DNA from: Chiloscyllium plagiosum
Taxonomy: Eukaryota
NCBI RefSeq assembly: GCF_004010195.1
Contig: NC_057718.1
Coordinates: 28,907,049-28,958,207 of the forward strand
Reading direction: 5' to 3'
DNA length: 51,159 bases
The notes below the pieces were generated by a model. That model was not told the origin of the DNA. It ran no database searches and was given only the letters and a program-made list of their open reading frames with translations. A program made the position numbers and the translations under genes. This document shows positions 1 through 12,223 of the stretch, piece after piece (positions within the stretch are counted from its first letter, which is position 1; the number at the start of each line of letters is the position of its first letter).

Positions 1-1789
1 CAATGTGCTGATTGAAGCCTTAGTTGACAATTTGTCAATATTATTTTCCAATGTCCTGGTTTCTCACTTGGAGCTATTTTTTTATAAGTGCTGAGAAATT
101 TTAATAAAATGTTTTAGTGTTATATGGTTTTGTAATATTCCAATCTTTTGGTACGATAACATTATGAAGCAATGTTTGGCCCAATTTTCCTGAGTATCAC
201 TCAGTTCCTTGTATGGCTGCAAGAATCAGAAAAAAGAGGTGGAGACCTGCAGGTAAAAGGTCTATGGACATCTGCTTAAAATTTTCAGAGGTGCCTGGAA
301 AACATGTTACTATGACCTACCCTGGATGCCCTCTGACCCCTGTGGGGCTTTGAAAGTGCTAGGGTAAATGGAACTATGAAGGTAGATCCTAATGCTTGCA
401 GCCTAACATGCCACAGACAGCAATTACTAGCTCCTCTTGGTTCTCCTGCTGGGGTTAGATCCAATCAGGATCCAATGCAGAAGTTCCTTTATCCTTTGAA
501 GCTCTGCTCTTATCTAGCACCAATGCAGGTAGCAAAGGGTAAGTGAGGGAGTAATGGATAAAAAATAGCTTCATACATGACAAGAATTAGAACACCTGTT
601 TAGGTTTTAAAGTGTTATGATAATGGTTATTCATAGTAGCTGCTCGCAGCTGTTTTCTGTGTGTTTTTATCTCTTTTTACACTGTTTATTGAATGTTAAC
701 AGAAGTTATCAGCCATTTTACTATTGAATCTTAAACTTTCTCCTTCCACTTACAATTGATCAAACTCTAGTTCCCGTTTATAGCCAGTCTTTTCCAGGTG
801 TTGACACCTAGTTGGATTTCCATGGCATTCCCTTTGATGAATCTTTTTCCCACTATTTCCTCATAAGACCCACTGCATTGTATTTCTCAGAGGGCTCTGA
901 GAAGCACAGTTATTACCCTTGCATTGGTGATGCATGGCAGAGCCAGGAATAGATCAAGGTTCAAATAACAGATGGTGACTGGACTGTATCCCAGACACCA
1001 ACAGCATATTCATTTCCATGTAAACACCTCATCTCTGATTTCCTGTCAAATTACACAACAGCACTGAATACCATTAATGCACCAATACATTACAATACTG
1101 TCTCCAGGGAACTGCACTAAACTTTCCTAAAGTATCTCTTAATACCAAAAACATTCAGCCCTTATCTACTAAGCCCATCAAATGAACCCCAGAAAAATAG
1201 TCTGGACATTCTTATGTTCTCCATTGTAGTGCCTACATGAAGCCAAGACAGCAACTTGGTGAGCAGTGAGGTAGACTATGACTGGAGGATGATGCTAATT
1301 CTCAGTATAGGATCCTGCACTCTCCCTACTTCTTGGGATCATTTTACAGGCAATGATGTCCAAAAGTAGGCAAGGATTTGTAAATTCTAGGCTATCCTCC
1401 AAGAATTTATATTCCCTATTGATATGAGTTGATTTGTTTTGGAATTAAAAAAGATTCTTGAGGTGTAGCAAGTGTTAAGTATACACACAGTAATAGACAT
1501 CCACCCAATCGAGAGTTCACCATGTGGCAGCGAATGTACATGCACCAAAGCCCAAGTTGTCTTAGAATGACTTGCTATGTTAATAATTTAAACACAAGTG
1601 TGAGAGCTAAATTTAATCTTCTGTCAATGCCAAGGTATAGTATGGCGATGCATGATAAACATTTAAAGGTTTACTTTCCATTGGAACATGAATTTCCAGG
1701 TTTTTCTTTACAAAGGGCCTTTTGTTTGGAAGAAAGTTTATTTTTCTACAATAAACAGTTAGGGCAACGAGAGTGGAAGAATTAAAACA

Positions 1790-2043
1790 GAGTTGAGGAG
1801 GAATTAATTCTCTCAAAAGGCCATTTATCTATGGAATTGAAAACCCCAGAATATGGGTGGACTCCAGGAACCTGAATAAATTTATGAAGGAGATAAAGAG
1901 ATTTTTAATTAGTAATGCGTTAAAGGGTTATGGAGAGCAGGCAAGAAAGTGGAGTTAGGCAGAGATGAGATCAGCCATGATTGTATTATATGGTGAAGCA
2001 GACTCAATGGGACTACTCTTACTCCTAGTTCTTGTGTTCTTAT
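1790..2043 (+). mobile_element. CR1-clade LINE 3' end (shark type)
   Basis: Characteristic tail gggttatggagagcaggcaagaaagtggagtt...agatcagccatgat...ctcctagttcttgtgttcttat. Confidence 0.75.
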
Positions 2044-2047
2044 ATTG

Positions 2048-2180
2048 AAAGCGAAATACTGTGGATGCTGGCGATTAAAAGAAAAAATAGAAATTGCTGG
2101 AAAAACTCTGCAGGTCTGGCTGCATCTGTATGAGAGAACCGAATTAATGTTTCGAGCCCAATACCTCTAGTTTGGAACTC
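2048..2180 (-). mobile_element. Penelope-like element terminal repeat fragment
   Basis: tgctggaaaaactctgcaggtctggctgcatctg motif, shared with PLE termini elsewhere in the window (24737, 28184). Confidence 0.65.
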
Positions 2181-2499
2181 AGGTCTCAGGTTGAATCCTG
2201 AATTTGTCATGAATCTTTACTATAATCTTAGCAACGTAGAAAAAAATGTTAATTGAGGAGCACCAACCAAAATTCTATTTCTGTAAAATTCCCATCGATG
2301 TTTGAAACCCAACAGTTGTCTGTTAAAGTACTTCCATAAACATATAGGCCAAAGCTGACTGGTGAGAAAAATGGTTTTCCTCTTGCAAATTATAAGATAA
2401 TTAATACATACAGATGATTCTATTATATTTGAATATTTACAGTACTGTTCCCGGATCAACACATAGTAGGGTACATACTATTCAATATTAGCCTCTGCT

Positions 2500-2790
2500 G
2501 TAAAGGGGTCTGGACAGAGTAGATAGCGAGAAACAAATTTCCTTGACCCCAGTTTCTACCAAGAATTGGAGGTCATAGATTTAATGTGCATGACAAAAAA
2601 AAATCAAAGACAATATGAGGAAAAAATGCTTTATGAAGCAAGTGGTTAGGATCCAGAATGCTATGTCTTATGGCGGAGACAATATTAATTGTAGTTTTCA
2701 AACACGAATTAGATAAGTACCACAAAGAAAAAGAAATGCAGGGCCACAGGAAATTGGGACAAACTGAATTACTCTCACTAAGAAAATATT
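2500..2790 (+). mobile_element. Old CR1 3' fragment
   Basis: Degenerate G.DRVD..K.F...GH.F..VVRIWN-type sequence typical of the CR1 ORF2 C-terminus. Confidence 0.55.
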
Positions 2791-3213
2791 TTATAACAGG
2801 TAAGCCCAAATAGATATGTTTTTGAGGATTTTGTATTTCACAATTGTGGTTGCTGGACGTGCTTACAAAAGAGAGTGAACAGCCAGATGTTATGATCCAA
2901 TGAGATAGTTAGAAAGACAGAGGAGGCGCTGAACATGGATTTTTGAGAGGAAAGAGATCAAAAACAAAACCTTAAAGGCGGTAGTCCCAGGATTACTTTC
3001 AGTGCCGTGTACTGGTGAGTAGAAAAATAAGGGTAGAATAAGTGAACATGTAGCTGGAGGGAGAGTGCAGGAGGGTAGACTTTACATTTTTGAGGCATTA
3101 GGACAGATTTTGAGGCTGGCATAACTCTATAAAAAAAACATGGGTTAGCATGACCAGGACCAATATCCTTCAGAGCAGTTTACTAATATACTTGAGCAGG
3201 ATTTAAACATGAT

Positions 3214-3830
3214 GTGGAGGTGCCAGTGTTGGACTGGGGTTTAACTGATGAAGAGCTTATGCTTGAAAAATCGATTCTCCTGCTCCTTGGATGCTCCCTA
3301 TTTTGGCTGTACTTTCCCAGCACACACTCTGATCTCCTCACTTTCTCCTTGGAAAGGGGTGGGCAAAATTAAAAATCTCAAAACACCAGGTTATAGCCCA
3401 ACAGGCTTATTTAGAAGTACTAGCTTTTGGAGCGCTGCTCCTTCATCAGGTAGCTGTGGAGCATAAGACCATAAGACATAGAACTTACAGCAAAGGATTA
3501 CAGTGCCATGCAACTGAAACGATATATTGAACAAACCTGGATTGCTGTTAAGTCTTACATCTTTTAGAATGGGTTGCAGGTTTCGGATCATTAATATGTA
3601 AATCCCAGAACTTCTTTTCAGTCACATTCTCGAGATAAAGGGTGACACCTCAGCTCAGACAATGCATTAAAGGTGTGAGGTTAGAGTCTGTCTGTATCCC
3701 AATCTTGAGTCAGATCAGTTCTATTTCCAAAGAAGTAATTCATAAAATGCTGCATGGATTGACTGACTACATTGACTGCCTGCAGATTGTATGCTTTTTG
3801 AGCAAAATAGAATATGCCTGCAAATATAAT
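3214..3830 (-). mobile_element. Penelope-like family 2 terminal region with a nested 115-bp family 1 insert (3241-3355, GGGGT duplication)
   Basis: Aligns with 11376-11700. Hammerhead-like core at 3418-3452. GGGGT occurs at 3236-3240 and 3356-3360. Confidence 0.65.
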
Positions 3831-4904
3831 TCTGGTACAAATACAAGTTTGGTAAGGGAAATGAAATCTGATAGGAATTCAGAAAGGAGAAGAACAAAGC
3901 TAGTAAAGGTTGGAAGAAAAATAGTGACCAACATTGGAAGATAATGGAAGCAAAAGTCAACATCACAGAGGGTTAAAATATGAAATAAATGTTTTTTAAA
4001 AAAGGCAAAATAAAAGGCACTTTCTCCAAATGCATGTAGCATTTGTAACAAAGTAGATGTATTGACAACACAAACAGAAGTAAATGGTTGCAATCTAATT
4101 GTCATTACAAAGATCTGGCTAAAGGATGACCAAACAGGGAACTGAATGTTTAGTGGCATTCAATGTTTAGAAAGAATAGGAAAAGAAAAATATTACTGCT
4201 GTTAATAAAGGATGTGGTCAGTATGTTAGTGAGAAAGAATCTTAGATTGGAGACCACAAAATAGATTCAATTTGATAGAGCTAAGAACCAGGAAAGAGCC
4301 ACAAAGATTGGTGGGAATTATTTATAGCCTACCAAACACCAGTGGTAATGCAGGACATGGCATAAACCAGGAAATTAGAGGTACACATTACAAGGGTAAT
4401 GCAGTAATCATGTGGTACTTTAATCTGTATGTAGATTGTACAAGCGTAATTAGCATTAATGCTTTGGGAGGATGAATTCCTGGAATGTATACAAGATGGT
4501 TTTCCAGAATGATATAATTAGGAACCAACTGGAGAATGGGCTATTTTAAATCTCGCATTGTCTAGTTAGAAATGGTTAATTAATAAGTTTGTGTAAGGGG
4601 GCCTTTAGGGAAGAGTGACCATAATATGCTGAAATTCTATATTAAATTGAAATGATATAGTTTACTCTAGAACTAGGGCTAAATCTAAACAAAGGTTACT
4701 AAAAAAAAAGAAGGATTAAGTGTGGTAGATTGGGAAATTACATTAAAAGCTATGATGGTAGACAGGCAATGGATAATATTTAAATAAATAATACGTGGCT
4801 TACAACAAGTATACTTTTCTTTGAAGCACAAAACTCCAATGGAAAATGTAATCCCACCATTGCTAAGAAGAAAATTGAAAGAATATATTGGAGCAAAGAA
4901 AGGA

Positions 4905-5240
4905 GTTCAGTCGTTAACATTGCTACCTCACGACACCAGGGACCTGGGTTCAATTCCATCCTCAAGCGGCTGTGTGGTGTTTACACATTCTCCCCATGAC
5001 TGTGGAGGTTTCTTCTGCATGCTTGGGTTTCCTCCCACAGTCCTGAGGATGTGCAGGTTAGGTGGATAGACCATCTAAATTGTCTGTAGTGTTCATGGAT
5101 GTGTAGGGTCAGTAATTAACCATGGTAAATGCAGGATTACAGGGATAGTGTTGAGGGGGTGGGTCTAGGTGGGATGCTCTTCAGAGGGTCGGTATAGACT
5201 CAATGGGATGAATGGCCTGCTTCCACACTATAGGAATTCT
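4905..5240 (+). mobile_element. HE1/V-SINE, diverged, inserted in CR1
   Basis: B box GGTTCAATTCC and V-domain cattctcccc..gggtttcctcccacagtcc. Aligns with 6153-6467. Confidence 0.85.
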
Positions 5241-6152
5241 GTGAAAAGAGTCTTTTGAAGTTGCAAATAAAATTCGTAAGCCTGGGGATTTGGAACACTT
5301 TAGGATTTACCAAAGGTGGATCAAGTAAAAAACGGAAAACAGAAAACAGAGGTGAAAAAGAGAGAAATATAAACATGGATACGAAGTGCAATCCAAAAGC
5401 CATTTACAGGGATATGGTTGCAGGTTGGCAAAGAGTGGACCTGAATATTGAAGGTTACATGACATTCAGAAAGGATAGTAAGAAGTGGAGGGGTGCCTCT
5501 GTTAATGATAATAGTAACAAAATAGGGAGGGATGACCTAAGTTCAATAAAACAATATGTAGAGGCAGTTTTGGGTAGAGATGAGAAATGATGAAGATAGG
5601 AATTCATTTATAGGACTGATGTACAGATCAGCGTTCCCTCTAATTGGTTTTCCAGTTACATTGGCCCATGGGCCAACTTCCAGGTCTGGCCTCACAAACA
5701 AACCACAGATTGTTTGTTCTGCTTATATTTAACACAAGCTGTTCACAGTCCAAGGGTCACCTTCAGCTCACAGTTCTCAGTTCACAGTTCCAAACGAAAA
5801 TTGAAAACAAATAAAAAATAATGAAAATCAATGAGGGTTCTAACACACTGCATTCACCTCTCACCAAGGATTATGGAAATAACTCTAACTATTACATATA
5901 TCATGCTTATCCAATGGCTCTCATCCATTTCATCCTCCCAAACAATTAACCCTTCCTTCCCTCTACATTTCTTACACAATTAATAGGGACACCTCACTAT
6001 CTTATTACTAAGTGTTCTTCCATCCACACCCATCAAACGCTGTACTTCCTTTTATCTCACTGCAGGTGAAACTGGCTCATCCTCTACACCAACATTTGGC
6101 TTAAGGGCTTAAGGGCCTGTTCTGTCCCCTCCATGTATCAGCCGGGTATTGT

Positions 6153-6467
6153 GGGCGGCACGGTGGCACAGTGGTTAGCACTGCTGCCTCACAGCGCCAG
6201 AGACCCAGGTTCAATTCCCGCCTCAGGCGACTGACTGTGTGGAGTTTGCACATTCTCCCCGTGTCTGCGTGGGTTTCCTCCGGGTGCTCCGGTTTCCTCC
6301 CACAGTCCAAAGATGTGCAGGGTCAGGTGAATTGGCCATACTAAATTGCCCGTAGTGTTAGGTAAGGGGTAAATGTAGGGGTATGGGTGGGTTTCGCTTC
6401 GGCGGGCCGGTGTGGACTTGTTGGGCCGAAGGGCCTGTTTCCACACTGTAATCTAATCTAATCTAAT
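6153..6467 (+). mobile_element. Full-length young HE1/V-SINE
   Basis: tRNA-derived head with A box TGGCACAGTGG and B box GGTTCAATTCC, V-domain, CR1-like 3' end gggccgaagggcctgtttcc and a (TAATC)n tail. CpGs are intact. Confidence 0.93.
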
Positions 6468-7276
6468 TTCGAATGCACCCCAATTGACTTCTGAATAGAG
6501 TGCACTTTACCAGTAGAGTTGGCCATGGTCCAGTTTCTGAAGTGGAAATGCACCAGTTCCCTGGATTCTGGGAAGACCAAGTGTTTGATTGATCATGACC
6601 AACTCCCTGGACTGGAATCATATGAGCTCCTTGACGACTGTTGCAATACCATTGATTGATCATAGACCTCCTTCACCCCAATAAGGACTGCTCCCCTTGG
6701 ACTTTTAGACATGGTCATTTGCCTGAAGAGGAGCTGGAGAGTTTTAGTTATGAAGAGGGATTGGTTAGAAATGTAATAAATAGGAGCAGTAGGCAGTTTG
6801 TCCCTTTGAAGGCTCCACTCTTTGGTATGATCTTCCCATGCAATTACTTGATCCTGCTTTGCCCCTACACCTTTTAATACATTTAGCCCCAAGTGCTATG
6901 TATGTGACACATACAAATTCACCTTTTTGAAGTTAGTTCCATTTTCCTTCCCAGGGCAATAGGACTTGTTTTCTGTGAAGCAGAGGAGACTAAGGAGGGA
7001 TATGATTGAGATGTATAAAATTAAGAATGACATAGCTATCATAGAGAGAAATAAACTTTTCCTCATGGTGGAGAGATCAATGAGCAGAGACATAGATTTA
7101 AGATGAAGGGTAGGAAGTTTAAAGGGGATGTGAGGAAAACTGTTTTCACCCAGAGGGTAATGGGAAACGGGAACTCACTGCCTGTAAGAGTGGTTGAGGT
7201 AGAAACCCTAATAACATTGAAGATGCATTTAAGAAGCTTTTGGATGTACTCTTGTGATGCCAAGGCATACAAGGCT

Positions 7277-7701
7277 TTGGAGTAGAGTGGTGCTAGAAAA
7301 GCACAGCAGTTCAGGCAGCATCTGAGGAGCAGGAAAATCGACATTTCAGGCAAAAGCCCTTCATCAGGAATACAGAGTGCCTGAAGAGTGGAGAGATAAA
7401 TGAGAGGAGAGTGGGTGTGGGGAGAAAGTAGCATAGGGGGCCCCCACCCTCCTCTCTGACCTATCACCTTCATCCCCAACCCCACTCACCTATTGTACTC
7501 TATGCTACTTTCTCCCCATTCCCACCCTCCTCTCATTTATCTCTCCACCCTTCAGGCACTCTGCCTGTATTCCTGATGAAGGGCTTTTGCCCGAAATGTC
7601 GATTTTCCTGCTCCTCAGATGCTGCCTGAACTGCTGTGCTTTTCCAGCACCACTCTACTCCAGAATCTGTTTTCCAGCATCTGCAGTCATTGTTTTTACC
7701 T
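7277..7701. mobile_element. Penelope-like insertion made of inverted terminal repeats
   Basis: TSD ATACAAGGCT at 7267-7276 and 7702-7711. The arms at about 7278-7435 and 7501-7662 are near-perfect reverse complements. Confidence 0.9.
7569..7604 (+). ncRNA. Minimal type I hammerhead ribozyme motif (PLE family 1)
   Basis: ATTC-CTGATGA-A-GGGC TTTT GCCC-GAAA-T-GTC-GATT: both core boxes, a 4-bp stem II and a GUC triplet. Confidence 0.6.
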
Positions 7702-8349
7702 ATACAAGGCTATGTATCAAGTGCTGGAAAATGGGATTAGAATAGTTAGAGATTTATGTTAGGTGTGTTATTTATAGTTAAGTGCTTATTTTTACCAGCA
7801 CACTCAGTGACTGAAGGGCCTTTTTCTGTGCAGTAGATCTGTCTGACCCTATGACTATGACTGAAGCAATAAGTTTGCCATGTAAACTGCTGATACATGC
7901 ATATTAGTCAGGAAGTGAGGGTTAGGACTAATCAGTCAAGGGCTTCATCTGGTATCGGTCCAGGGCATGGAGTAGTCAGTTAGCAGCTGCTCAAGGTGGT
8001 CATGGTCAGAATGCCTTGTAGAGAGTGAGGAGCCATGTGTTAGGCACTCCATCACCCATCTTGGTTCTTTCTGCCTGCTACGGGAGGGATTAGGTGAAGC
8101 AAAAGTGGATGGCACAGCTGATAGCATGGTGTAAATTGGAGACAGGTGGTGTCCAGACTGAGTGAGTAGGCAGCACAGAAACCATGCAGGATTATAGACC
8201 ATGGTGGGGTTGAGGAGGTGAGGGAAGCAAGTGAGAGAAGATGTTGCCTGTAGCAGTGAGAGGAGTTGAACATGAGCCTTAGTGGGAGGGGGTACAGTCA
8301 CACAGATAGACTGAGTGTGAAGTAGCAGATGCAAGAAGGTGGCGCTTAC

Positions 8350-8564
8350 CCTGGAAGAGCAGAAAGGTCATTGACCATTTTGCAACATTGCTACACATTC
8401 TTCCAGACAGTTGGGTTTGTACTGAACTGGGTGGCTAACTTGAATCAACCTGATGTATGGCCTTCTATGCCTGTCCTGTGGGATGGAGACAGCCCTCCTC
8501 CACATTACCTTGTCTACCAGTCACTGTCCACAACGTAGCACACCAATTTCCCCTAATCTGCCAT
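8350..8564 (-). pseudogene. Decayed Myb/SANT-like DNA-binding ORF exon of a PIF/Harbinger transposon (relic probably spans about 7945-8870)
   Basis: Frame-broken translation MAD*GKL...LVDKVMWRRAVSIPQDRHRRP...KLATQFSTNPTVWKNV*QCCKMVNDL, followed by the donor AGG|GTAAG. It resembles the recalled Harbinger Myb-like pattern L+D.V..RR.VL.P...W..VA..VS....R...QCRKKVNDL. Confidence 0.65.
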
Positions 8565-10765
8565 ATCTGGGCAAACATCATGAACCGTGCAGGACAGCTC
8601 CAGACTGACAGCCCTTTACAAGTTGCAGGACAACCCTTTAAAGATGGCACCCGCACCAAGAATCCCAAAATAACCTGGCAGTACCAAGTACCTCTGCCTA
8701 TGGCAAGTGGGAGAATAGGGCTAGCATTGGATTTGAGGGGCATCATTGGGGATGGTATCTGGTTAGTGAGGTGGGTTTGGGATAAGGCACAGGAAAAATG
8801 TCTAGGCCTCGCAGATAGAAACCCTCCATGGAATCCAACGAGAAAGCTGATTTCTGGTAAGGTTCGGCCTTTGTTTGTGATTCTTCAACCATATAAAGCA
8901 GCATTCATTTTACTTTTGCACTGCATTCACAGCATAGAAAAAAAACACTAGCTGATTTATTCTGAATTTCTTTTTAGTCCAGGAAAGTCACAGACTTAAT
9001 TAGACATTGTTTCTCCACACTGCTGGAAGTGAATTCGTAGAACAGACACACAGGTTATACATAGGATTTTTAACCTAACAATACTTTTGGATAGATCTAT
9101 AATTATACAGTTCCAACATAACATAAATTGTGGAAGGAAATTAGTTTGAAGGCTGAGCTGTAGCTTTTATTCTGGTGCAACCACTGTAGTGTATACAGTG
9201 TCAATGTTACAGATCTAAGTCTCTTAATAATTGTGATTAACATTGTGCTGAAAGATCTTCAAATAATTTGTAACTTTAGATATTGCATATATTATTAAAT
9301 GGCATTCTGTTAAGTGTTAGCTAGCAATCTGCATGTCAAGGTGCCACACAAGCACTAAATTATTTAAAGTAATTGTGCCAGTGACTTGGAAGAGGTGAAA
9401 ATGCCAAGCATTTTAGTTATGTCAGGTTTGCAACACTTACCAGCCCCATGCTCCAGAAATGAAATGCCTCTATCCTCTGAAGACCTCTGAGGATCTCAAT
9501 TCACTCATGCATATTTCTACATGGATGTATACACAAAAACAAAACCCTCCCAGATATGTCTAGACCAATTTAAAATGTAGATTCACATGCAGCATTAGAG
9601 ATCCATCTTTAAGTTACATTTTCAGATGAGATGGTGTATAATTTATCAGTCAATTTCTGGAAACCCAGTGTTTTCAAGTCAACCCTCCAGTTCTCTCACA
9701 GCGCATTACAAAATGCCAATAATACATTGCTTTTACTTTGAACCAATAAAATGCCATGGAGACAGTTTCTCTCACTGTTCACGTGCGCATCCATTTTCAT
9801 TGGAAGAATTTGAATTAGCACTAAAGTAAACAAGGGCAGAAAATCAGCCCCCAAGTTCCTCAAAGGAAAATTCTAATCATGGACTGATGAATCAGAGAAA
9901 ATTCACCCACCCATACTTGGATTTGACAGAATTGGTGAGGGGCTGCTCCTCCAGTCTGTATCTCTCCTGTGTTTGCTGCTATTAGGTTCACAAGGCTACA
10001 AGAGTTTGGGGAGGAAGAGGAGACTGAGAGAAGGGCAAGAGAAATAAGGAGACTATAAGATGGGGGAAGCTAGAAGAAGGCTTCAAAGAGAAGGTGGGAG
10101 AAGACTGCTACAAACAGTAGTGATTGCAGGAGTGTTTGATTCAACCAAATGACCATGTGTGAAAGCCAAAGGGAGTGCCCCTAAATGTGGTGAAGGGATT
10201 TTGTGATCAGTCAGAGGGTAGTGCCATAGTCATTCAAGGGAACTGACCAATTCCTGTCCATAGGGTTGGCTACAGTTGGTCAGGTGCTTGCTTCTACCAG
10301 AGACCGAGGATCTGTGTCTTTGCAGTCCAGGGATTGGGTTACGATCAGTCACAATTAAGTGCAACCACTCTGAGGAATACAGGTACACCAGTTAAAGTGC
10401 TGTGGAGGCATTAGTTCAGTGGATCAGCCAGTTTTTCATGCAATGATGCCAAGGGAGAAACTGGCATAATGGAAGTGGATGCAAGAGCAGTTAATGATGA
10501 TGCAGGAGCAGGAGAGGTGAAGAGATAGAATCTCAAGATTGAGGAGTTACAATGTGGGGTAAAAATGGAGCTGATGCTATTGTAACAAACACTGTGGCAA
10601 TTGTTAAATGTTAATCTGAGACTGAGATCTGAGATGCAGTAAATGAATGGGAACTGCCCAGTTAAAATACTCTAGTGTTACGCATATGCAATGGAAGTGA
10701 ATAACCAGTGGCCTCACCAGTACTGCAAAGATGTGATTAGGACAATTTTGTTTTTTATTAAAAAT

Positions 10766-11089
10766 AGAATCCCTACAGTGTGAAAACAGGCCATTTGGCC
10801 CAACAAGTTCACACCAACCCTAAAGAGCAACCCACCCAGACCCATTTCCCCACCCTATTACACTACGTTACCTCTGACAAATACACCTAACCTACACATC
10901 CCTGAACACAGTGGGCAATTTAGCATAGCCAATTCACCTAACCTGCACATCTTTGGATTGTGGGAGGAAACCCACACACAGACACAAGGAGAATGTGCAA
11001 ACTCCACACAGTCACCCGAGGTGGGAATCGAACCCAGGTCCCTAGTGCTATGAGGCAGCAGTGCTAACCACTGAGCCACCGTGCCACCC
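10766..11089 (-). mobile_element. HE1/V-SINE
   Basis: Reverse complement of the 6153-6467 family, with A and B boxes at about 11020-11085. Confidence 0.9.
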
Positions 11090-11209
11090 CATTAAAAAAA
11101 ATGCTAACTTATGCTTATCATCGTGTCAATTTACATTCTGTAATATCTAAAAATTTAATGCTTCTGTATTGTGGCTTTAAATTTAGCAGGGAATTAATAA
11201 TTATTGAAG

Positions 11210-11375
11210 ATTGCTGCATTTTGGAAAGGCAAATCAGAGCAGGACTTGTCCACTTAACGGTAAGATCCTGGGAAGTACTGCTGAACAAAGAGACCTTGGA
11301 GTGCAGGTTCATAGCTCCTTGAAACTAAAGTCCCAGGTAGACAGGACAGTGAAGGAGGCATTTGATATGCTTGAT
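11210..11375 (+). mobile_element. CR1 RT C-terminal fragment
   Basis: LHFGKANQSRTCPLNGKILGSTAEQRDLGVQVHSSLKLKSQVDRTVKEAF. Confidence 0.85.
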
Positions 11376-11700
11376 TTGGAGATGCCGGTTTTGGACTGGA
11401 ATGTACAAAGTTAAAAATCACACAACACCAGGTTATAGTCCAACAGGTTTAATTGGAAGCACACTAGCTTTTGGAGCGCTGCTCCTTCATCAGGTGATTG
11501 TGGAGGACACAATTCTAAGGCATAGAATTTATAGCAACAATTTACAGAGTGATGTAACTGAAATTATAATTGAAAAATACCTTGATTGTCTGTTGAGTCT
11601 TGCATCTGTTGGAATACCATGATAGTTTCACTTCTTTCATGTGCAAATCACAAAACCTTTTTTTTAAAATTTGCATTCTCAGGGTTAGCTGTAACAATGC
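11376..11700 (-). mobile_element. Penelope-like family 2 terminal region
   Basis: Paralog of 3214-3830, with a hammerhead-like core at 11462-11496. Confidence 0.65.
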
Positions 11701-12061
11701 CTCTGTGACTATATTGATGAATTATTCTATTTCTGCTCCTTGTGAGTTCAAATACATTTATGTCAATGAAATACAGAAGGCATTGTTATGACAGGACTGC
11801 ATCACTGAATAGGTGAGGTTGAAAAAAGGACCTCTTAAAGAACCAAAACGTAGTCCTTGTAAAAATCTCAAGAAGAGTCTACAAAAATAAATAGTTTCAA
11901 CCTCTGAGTTGAATCCAAATTGATCACTGACCTCTCTAACTATGGTGAAATTTTAAACAAACCAATTCTAATCCAGTATTTCTGAAAAAATATTGTCAAA
12001 GCATTTAGTCTTGCACCCATCAGGATAATTCATGAGAAATGCTAATGAAACAGGAAATTAC

Positions 12062-12109
12062 ATTAGATTAGATTAGATCAGATTGGATTAGATCAGATTA
12101 GATTGGATT
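12062..12109. repeat. (ATTAG)n microsatellite, probably the 3' tail of a minus-strand retroposon
   Basis: About nine imperfect pentamers, followed by tgtcacatgtaccagaatacaatgaaaag (LINE-tail-like). Confidence 0.7.
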
Positions 12110-12223
12110 GTCACATGTACCAGAATACAATGAAAAGTCAAAAGAGTTGCCACTAGCTGGCACAATACTAGATTTCTAAATAAAAAGCAAGAAATTAAAG
12201 CAATAGATTTGGAATTTGTCCAG

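Larger units (their letters stand above)
2830..5630 (+). mobile_element. Degenerate CR1 LINE (ORF1 esterase-like C-terminus and ORF2 AP-endonuclease region), interrupted by a PLE and a SINE
   Basis: Endonuclease-like remnants NACSICNKVDVLT..ITKIWL (about 4030-4120), IELRTRK..LVGIIYSLPN..VIMWYFN (4272-4430) and GKSDHNMLKF (about 4610). A second DLNIEGYMTFRKD fragment lies at about 5440. Confidence 0.75.
6960..7862 (+). mobile_element. CR1 3' fragment split by a PLE insertion
   Basis: RRLRRDMIEMYKI..MKGRKFKGDVRKTVFTQRV..NSLP, with a (ctatga)n tail at about 7850. Confidence 0.85.

Noticed and set aside
1522..1785. ORF ending ..EESLFFYNKQLG.., loosely like the STPG4 C-terminus
   Set aside because: The similarity is limited to SLFF, there is no convincing acceptor, and it is AT-rich random-ORF composition.
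5629..5643. CAGCGTTCCCTCTAA, which looks like a hAT-type terminal inverted repeat
   Set aside because: I found no matching right-hand TIR or 8-bp TSD.
6153..6225. tRNA-like sequence with A and B boxes (also at 11020-11089, 14999 and 28327)
   Set aside because: These are SINE heads, not functional tRNA genes.
9626..9741. Plus-strand peptide PSVFKSTLQF after an acceptor-like ttttcag, reminiscent of STPG4 (the expected tail-to-tail neighbour of TTC7A in human, from memory)
   Set aside because: Only a few residues match, there is no PGPG.Y repeat and no donor at the expected place. I could not support any STPG4 exon in the window.
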